Shown here: positions 58,796 through 64,000 of the stretch, one piece after another
Layout of the letters: every line of letters begins with the position of its first letter
How positions within the stretch are numbered: the stretch's first letter is position 1
From: Heteronotia binoei
Lineage: Eukaryota
Reading direction: 5' to 3'
Assembly (NCBI RefSeq): GCF_032191835.1
Contig: NC_083223.1
Span: forward strand, 100,192,001 to 100,256,000
Length of the DNA: 64,000 nucleotides
The notes under the pieces: model-generated
What the model was told of the DNA's origin: nothing
Seen by the model: the letters and a program-made list of their open reading frames with translations, nothing else
The model's database searches: none
Translations under genes and position numbers: made by a program

Positions 58796-59613
58796 TAGGG
58801 TTGCCAAGTCCAATTAAAGAAAAATCTGGGGACTTTGGGGGGCGGAGCCAGGAGATTTTGGGGGTGGAGCCAGGAGACTCTGGGAGTGGAGCCAGGAACA
58901 AGGATGTGACAAGCATAATTGAACTCCAAGGGAGTTCTGGCCATCACATTTAAAGGGACAGCACACCTTTTTAAATGCCTTTCTTCCATAGGAAATAATT
59001 AAGGATAGGGACACCATCTTTTGGGGCTCATAGAATTGGACGCTCTGGTCCAATCGTTTGAAACTTGGGGGTATTTTGGGGAGAGGCACTAGATGCTATA
59101 CTAAAAATTTGGTGCCTCTACCTCAAAAAATAGCCCCCCCCCCGAGCCCCCAATAACCACGGATCAATTCCCTATTATTCCCTATGGGAATCATTCTCCA
59201 TAGGGAATAACAGAGTGCCCAGTAGACATTTCCCTCCCCCCCACGCTTTCTAAAGGGGGCGAGGGCCTCACCAGGGAATTCCCTGCCCCCTCCCTCTCTC
59301 ACACACACAAATACTTACTAGATCTTCTTCCTGCAGAACTTTGCTTGCTGTGAAAACGAAAGCAAAAGAAAGGGAGGGGCCGTTCTCCATGGAAACTGTT
59401 ACTGACCCTTTCCAATGAAGCCCTTCCTGTTTCCTGTGCAGCCTTAAAGGGGCACACATTTTACAAACGGATCAGGAACTCTACAACAACGTGATGCCTA
59501 CACGTATGTTCTCCCCCCCCTCCACCTCCCCTTCCGGATTTTTGGAGAGCGGGGGAGGAGGCTGCAAATTTGGGGGTCCCTCGCCAGGGCGGGCGGGGGC
59601 ATTGGGAAGCCTA
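58796..59613. mobile_element. Non-autonomous hAT-type element (TAGGGTTGCC termini)
   Basis: TAGGGTTGCCAA and TTGGGAAGCCTA termini. 8-bp TSD (A/T)GCCTCTT. Confidence 0.75.
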
Positions 59614-60548
59614 TGCCTCTTCCAATACCAATCATATGTATTAATATTACTATGTCAACTCTACAGTGATCAAAACTTTTATAAGACTTTAGTTGCAAAA
59701 TGTTCACAGAACCCAGTCATGTTTTATTATTTTGTGTTTTATTTTGCTTCATTTGTTATCTGCTTTTCTCATTAAGATTCCAAGCAGATAACACAGTTAT
59801 AAAGACAATTAAATAAAGACTGTAAAGTATTGTCAGGATCAGCCAAGTATCAGTCAAACAAATTTCTCTCATGAAACTATAAAGTTTATTAGTACTGAAA
59901 TGCCAGAGCTAATCTATATATGATTGGCATTGCCAGGAATGAGTATTAATGGTTACAGTGCGGTAGATATAGGGAAGTTGTGCAGGTAAATTCTGGCGCC
60001 CATTCCTCCTGCCTCCAAGTCATTCAAACATATTCCCATTGCTCTCATCAGTTCAGTCCAAGGTCGCTATAGTTAGGAAGGTATCCTTGAAAGGGCCAGA
60101 TGCTGGTTGCTTTAGTAACAAGATAGTTTAGCAAGCATGGGATACACCAGAGTTAACAGCCAAAGTGAAAGTACAGAAGTTCCCAATTCCCCCCCTCCCC
60201 CAGTTCCACTCTCCTCCCAACAGACGTTGATTTAATAAACAGTATGGATCATAGCAGGTACACCTGACAGGTATACACTATCAACGATGAAAAAATGGAT
60301 CACACAAATTAAAGAAAAATGAAACAGAAACAGTATAATACATCATATAAACTGAATATCTTATAAAGCTTCCAAGATGGCTTATAAAACAGAATATAAA
60401 AATAGAAATAAAACAAAATGAAACTGCATAAAGACTAGAACTGATAACATCACAAAAGCAGATAAAAGAACCATCTTATGTTGAGAATTCACCAGATTTT
60501 GCTTAGTGCCTATTTATTGAAAATGATGCCAGACAAATAGGTCAAAGT

Positions 60549-60845
60549 AAGGGAAAGGAAAGGTCCCTTGTGCAAGCACCAGTCATTTCCGACTCTGGGG
60601 CGACGTTGTTTTCACAATGTTTTCACGGCAGACTTTTTACAGGGTGGTTTGCCATTGCCTTCCCCAGTCATCTACACTTCCCCCCCTAGCAAGCTCATTT
60701 TACCGACCTCAGAAGGATGGAATGCTGAGTCAACCTCAAGCCAGCTACCTGAAAACCCAGCTTCCATTGAGGATTGAACTCAGGTCGTGAGCAGAGCTTA
60801 GGACTGCAGTACTGCAGCTTTAACACTCTGCACCACGGGGCTCTT
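60549..60845 (+). mobile_element. Sauria SINE
   Basis: High similarity to 54334-54636 along its whole length. Confidence 0.85.
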
Positions 60846-61494
60846 ACATGTCATGGTAAACAAATGCACAATCTGGATGTCACTTGGGAAGGGCCTTTTC
60901 TCTAACAGCACACCCATTCATACAGTGAGTATCTTGCCTTCAAAATATAGGGGTACATGGAATTTAGGATCTCAAAAGTAAATTCATGCAGGATGAGGTA
61001 GTTCTTTAGGGACCCACAACCTTTAGGGCTTTGAAAGTTAATAAAATCACTTTGAACTGAGCCTGGAAACACACTGAAAGCTACTAAAGATTTTTTAAAA
61101 ATAAATAGACATGGGAGTGATATGCTCATGATGGACAGTACCAGTTAATAACATGGATGCTACATTCTGAACCAGTTACGATTTCAAATGTTTTTCAAAG
61201 ACAACACTGTATACAACATGTTCCAGTAATCTAGCCTAAATGTCACTAGACCACAAACAGCTGTTGCAGGGTCATTTCATTCCAAAAAAGGATACAACTG
61301 GCGTATCAACTGAAGTTTACAAAAAAACACTACCAGCAATTATGCAGTGTACATGAAACTCTTAATGAAATTACATGTGTTTAACAGAACAGGCAAGTTG
61401 AAATGAAAAGTAACTACTGATATTTCAGAAGGTGTGTAACCTTAAGAAATTTTAGACAAATACTTTACAACTAGAAAAAAATGTACAATCATAC

Positions 61495-61696
61495 CGGCTG
61501 TTAATCCAATAATCTGCTTGTGTAAAGTCTGTGAAGCATCCTCACTTTCTACTATCCCCAGCAGACAAATTACGATCCTCGGAAAGTTCACAGGCAGGGT
61601 TGAAGGATGTGTGCGCGCAACAGTCACACTAATCAGTGGGCTACAGTGAGGAGGGGAAGGGACAAAATCACTTCCTCTTCCATCAGCAGAGCTCCT
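61495..61696 (-). CDS. Candidate host exon B
   Basis: Acceptor TTGCTCTTGCTGCTTCTTCAATCAG, donor GTATGA. 202 nt, phase 0 to 1, RSSADGRGSDFVPSPP...HKQIIGLTA. Confidence 0.33.
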
Positions 61697-63100
61697 CTGA
61701 TTGAAGAAGCAGCAAGAGCAATTTCACTCCCTGCAAGACTCCTTGAGAGTCCACCAACTGTGGCAATCCGCTTTCCCAGGGCTGCAAATGGCTGCTGGGA
61801 GGGGAAAGCAGAGACGATCCCATCAGAGTTGTCTGCTGACAGATCCAAACCTACATGATTTTATCCTCCTGCTTAATATTTTGCTTTTTAAAAAAATTAA
61901 TAAAATTGAAAAGAGTAAGGGCTGTATTTCTGAAACCTTTCCCTTCAGCTTGCAAGCATAACGTTTCCCAACCACCAAAAAGCAACCATCTTGGAGGTTT
62001 TTAAAGTAGTTTTTGATAGAAAAAGGAATGAAAAACAAAAAGAAAAAAACCCTCCACCTTACATGAATCTCTCAGTTCCTCCAGCTGCAGGCTCCAAAGG
62101 TGCTTTGTAGAAAGTGTCCTAATTAATGTTCAGCTAGATTATTCACAAGCAATATAAATGAGTAAATTACACAGCAATTTTTTTCCAAGGTGCAGTGGAC
62201 CATCACGTAAATTTCTATAGCCATAACACACAATTTACTTATTGAGCAGAGTCCAAAGGACTGACTGTTGAACAAAGCTTCTGTAGATTACAACCCAAAA
62301 AACTAGTTTAAAATTTATTTCTACATCTATAGAGGATTTTCCTCAAATCACTGGATACATTTAACACTTTCCTTTTGATTTTTTCTCCCCAACTGAGAAT
62401 ATTGCCTGATTCACATTTGATTTCTCTAGAAAATGCTGACAGGATACTTACTGGGTGTTGACAGAAGATTCAATCAGCTACATGCACTATGGATCCTTGC
62501 CCATCAGGGCTAATAAAAAATGGTAGAGAAACTAATGGATTTCTAGAGGGCTTTAGAAATGCTGAGGAAGGCCAACATTTCTTAAAGAACTGGCTGTCAA
62601 GCGTCTCCTTAAACACCATCCTTTTGCACTGAAAAGGTGACAGCTATCAAATTATCACTAACCTTTCCTTTATGGAGAAGGTGAATATATGGCAACATCA
62701 CAACTAAGATTTTTCTACCACTCCTATGTAAACTTTTGGGGACGGCTTTAATGGTCCTAGTGTAAAATATTCATGTAGAACAGCCATTTTCATATCATGA
62801 GAGAACGCCTAGTATTTTCAGAAAATAATTGCTTCTGTAAACTTACAGCTATCTTCCACAGAAAATGCCCAATAGTAATGGCCTTGCCTCCCTCCAAACA
62901 GCCTCCAGTGAAGATGGAAAATTCTGCTTTATTATGCGTGACTAGATCAGTTAACCACTCAAAACAGAGAAGGAGCGCTATTGACCCTCAGAGGATGTTG
63001 TTTATTATGTCTCTGTATGAATCAATGCTCTGGGCTTTTCCTCTAACCACAGTTCAAAAAACAACAAACAGAGAAATATATGAAATAGGTAACTATTTAC

Positions 63101-63215
63101 CATGGTCAGTTCTGTTGCAAGAGTAGTGTAGCTTTCCAGTGTTACTTTAAAAACATTTGCTTCAGCTAACGTAAGTTTGGGAAACACAAGAGCAGATACT
63201 ATGGCAGCAGAGGGC
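63101..63215 (-). CDS. Candidate host exon A
   Basis: Acceptor TTTTTGTAG, donor GTAAAT. 115 nt; the only open frame is phase 2 to 0, PSAAIVSALVFPKLTLAEANVFKVTLESYTTLATELTM. Confidence 0.4.
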
Positions 63216-64000
63216 CTACAAAAACCTGGGGCCACTTCAGCATGAGAAAAACACCATGCAGATGTCAGTATCTATATGTTATGTAAATTGAATCAAAAGC
63301 ATATCACTTCACAATTAAAGAGGATTCCACAGGAGTAACTGCTTTTAATTGCCCTCCCAGGACCACCTTCTAGTCCTCAGCTCCTCTGGCAGCAGAGGGA
63401 CTGGGCCAAAGTGACACAAAGGAAGTGAAGTGTCAGGCTGGCTGCAAGCCACGCCAGGGTAGAGCAGTGTATTAAGTGTGGCCAGAGCTACCTCAGGAAC
63501 TTCAACACCTGCCAGCAATACAGCTGGGTGAAATTATATCACAGCCTTTTTAAGCCAGGGCTTGGATCAACCATTTTCTTAGGGTCACAGTCTATGCCTT
63601 CTAGATCTGACTCCAGACCCTGTGTGCTCTTAACACTCTACACCCTGTCTATTCCAGACCTTGATAGCTTCTGTGCTCAAGGCTTTGCATGTTCCAGAAA
63701 CCCAGACCCTGATGAGTCCCTGTCTGCAGGGTAGGTCCTGGCTTTTAGAGATATCAGCTAAGGCCTGAGGTCAGAACATGGCCCTCTTCAGCTACTGCCA
63801 ATGCCAGGCAGCCTTCTCCAGAGTGCTGCTAAAGCCAGATGACCCTCTGCAGCTGTTAGGCCTGCCTTGGCTCCCCGCCTCCTCACTGAGGCCAGGCTGG
63901 CCACAGCTCCCAGCCTCCTCATCCATTGGGTCCTGCCCCCTCCTCACCACTGCCATTGCCAGCCTAGTGTGGCTGCTGGTCCTCCCACCGACGCTCCCAG

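Noticed and set aside
59319-59347. 29-nt micro-exon with strong AG/GT sites (ASKVLQEEDL)
   Set aside because: It lies inside the TSD-flanked hAT element and would break the frame between candidate exons B and C.
61633-61854. Longer exon using the acceptor at ~61854
   Set aside because: All three frames hit stops before the donor at 61494.
63709-63740. CTGATGA hammerhead-like core
   Set aside because: No stem II followed by GAAA, and no stems I/III.

Overview
Eukaryotic, repeat-dense window from a squamate reptile, probably a gecko (Sauria SINEs, Squam3-type SINEs, BovB 3' end, squamate-type L1/L2). No prokaryotic features are present. Two nested retrotransposon stacks dominate. (1) 6361-14686: a 5'-truncated L2 (- strand) is split by a young sushi/chromovirus Gypsy LTR element (6854-12315; 421-bp LTRs with 1 mismatch; CATAG TSD). 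The Gypsy lacks its protease, has an 11-nt self-priming PBS, and carries a small L2 3' fragment in its RT. (2) 21617-42951: a full-length, decayed L1 (+ strand, ~6.3 kb after excising guests, 16-bp TSD) whose ORF1 was hit three times. The guests are a Copia element (23025-32195; uninterrupted 1298-aa ORF; half-tRNAiMet PBS; FVHD instead of YVDD), an L2 3' fragment and a structurally complete DIRS1-type tyrosine-recombinase element (32917-38463). A full-length RTE LINE sits in the Copia 3' LTR. The most striking unannotated signal is a candidate HDV/CPEB3-like self-cleaving ribozyme at the RTE 5' end (27736-27944). The rest of the window looks like intron sequence with SINEs, hAT MITEs and LINE fragments. 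It also has a phase-consistent chain of candidate exons of an unidentified - strand host gene. All calls come from reading the sequence; no database search or folding program was run.
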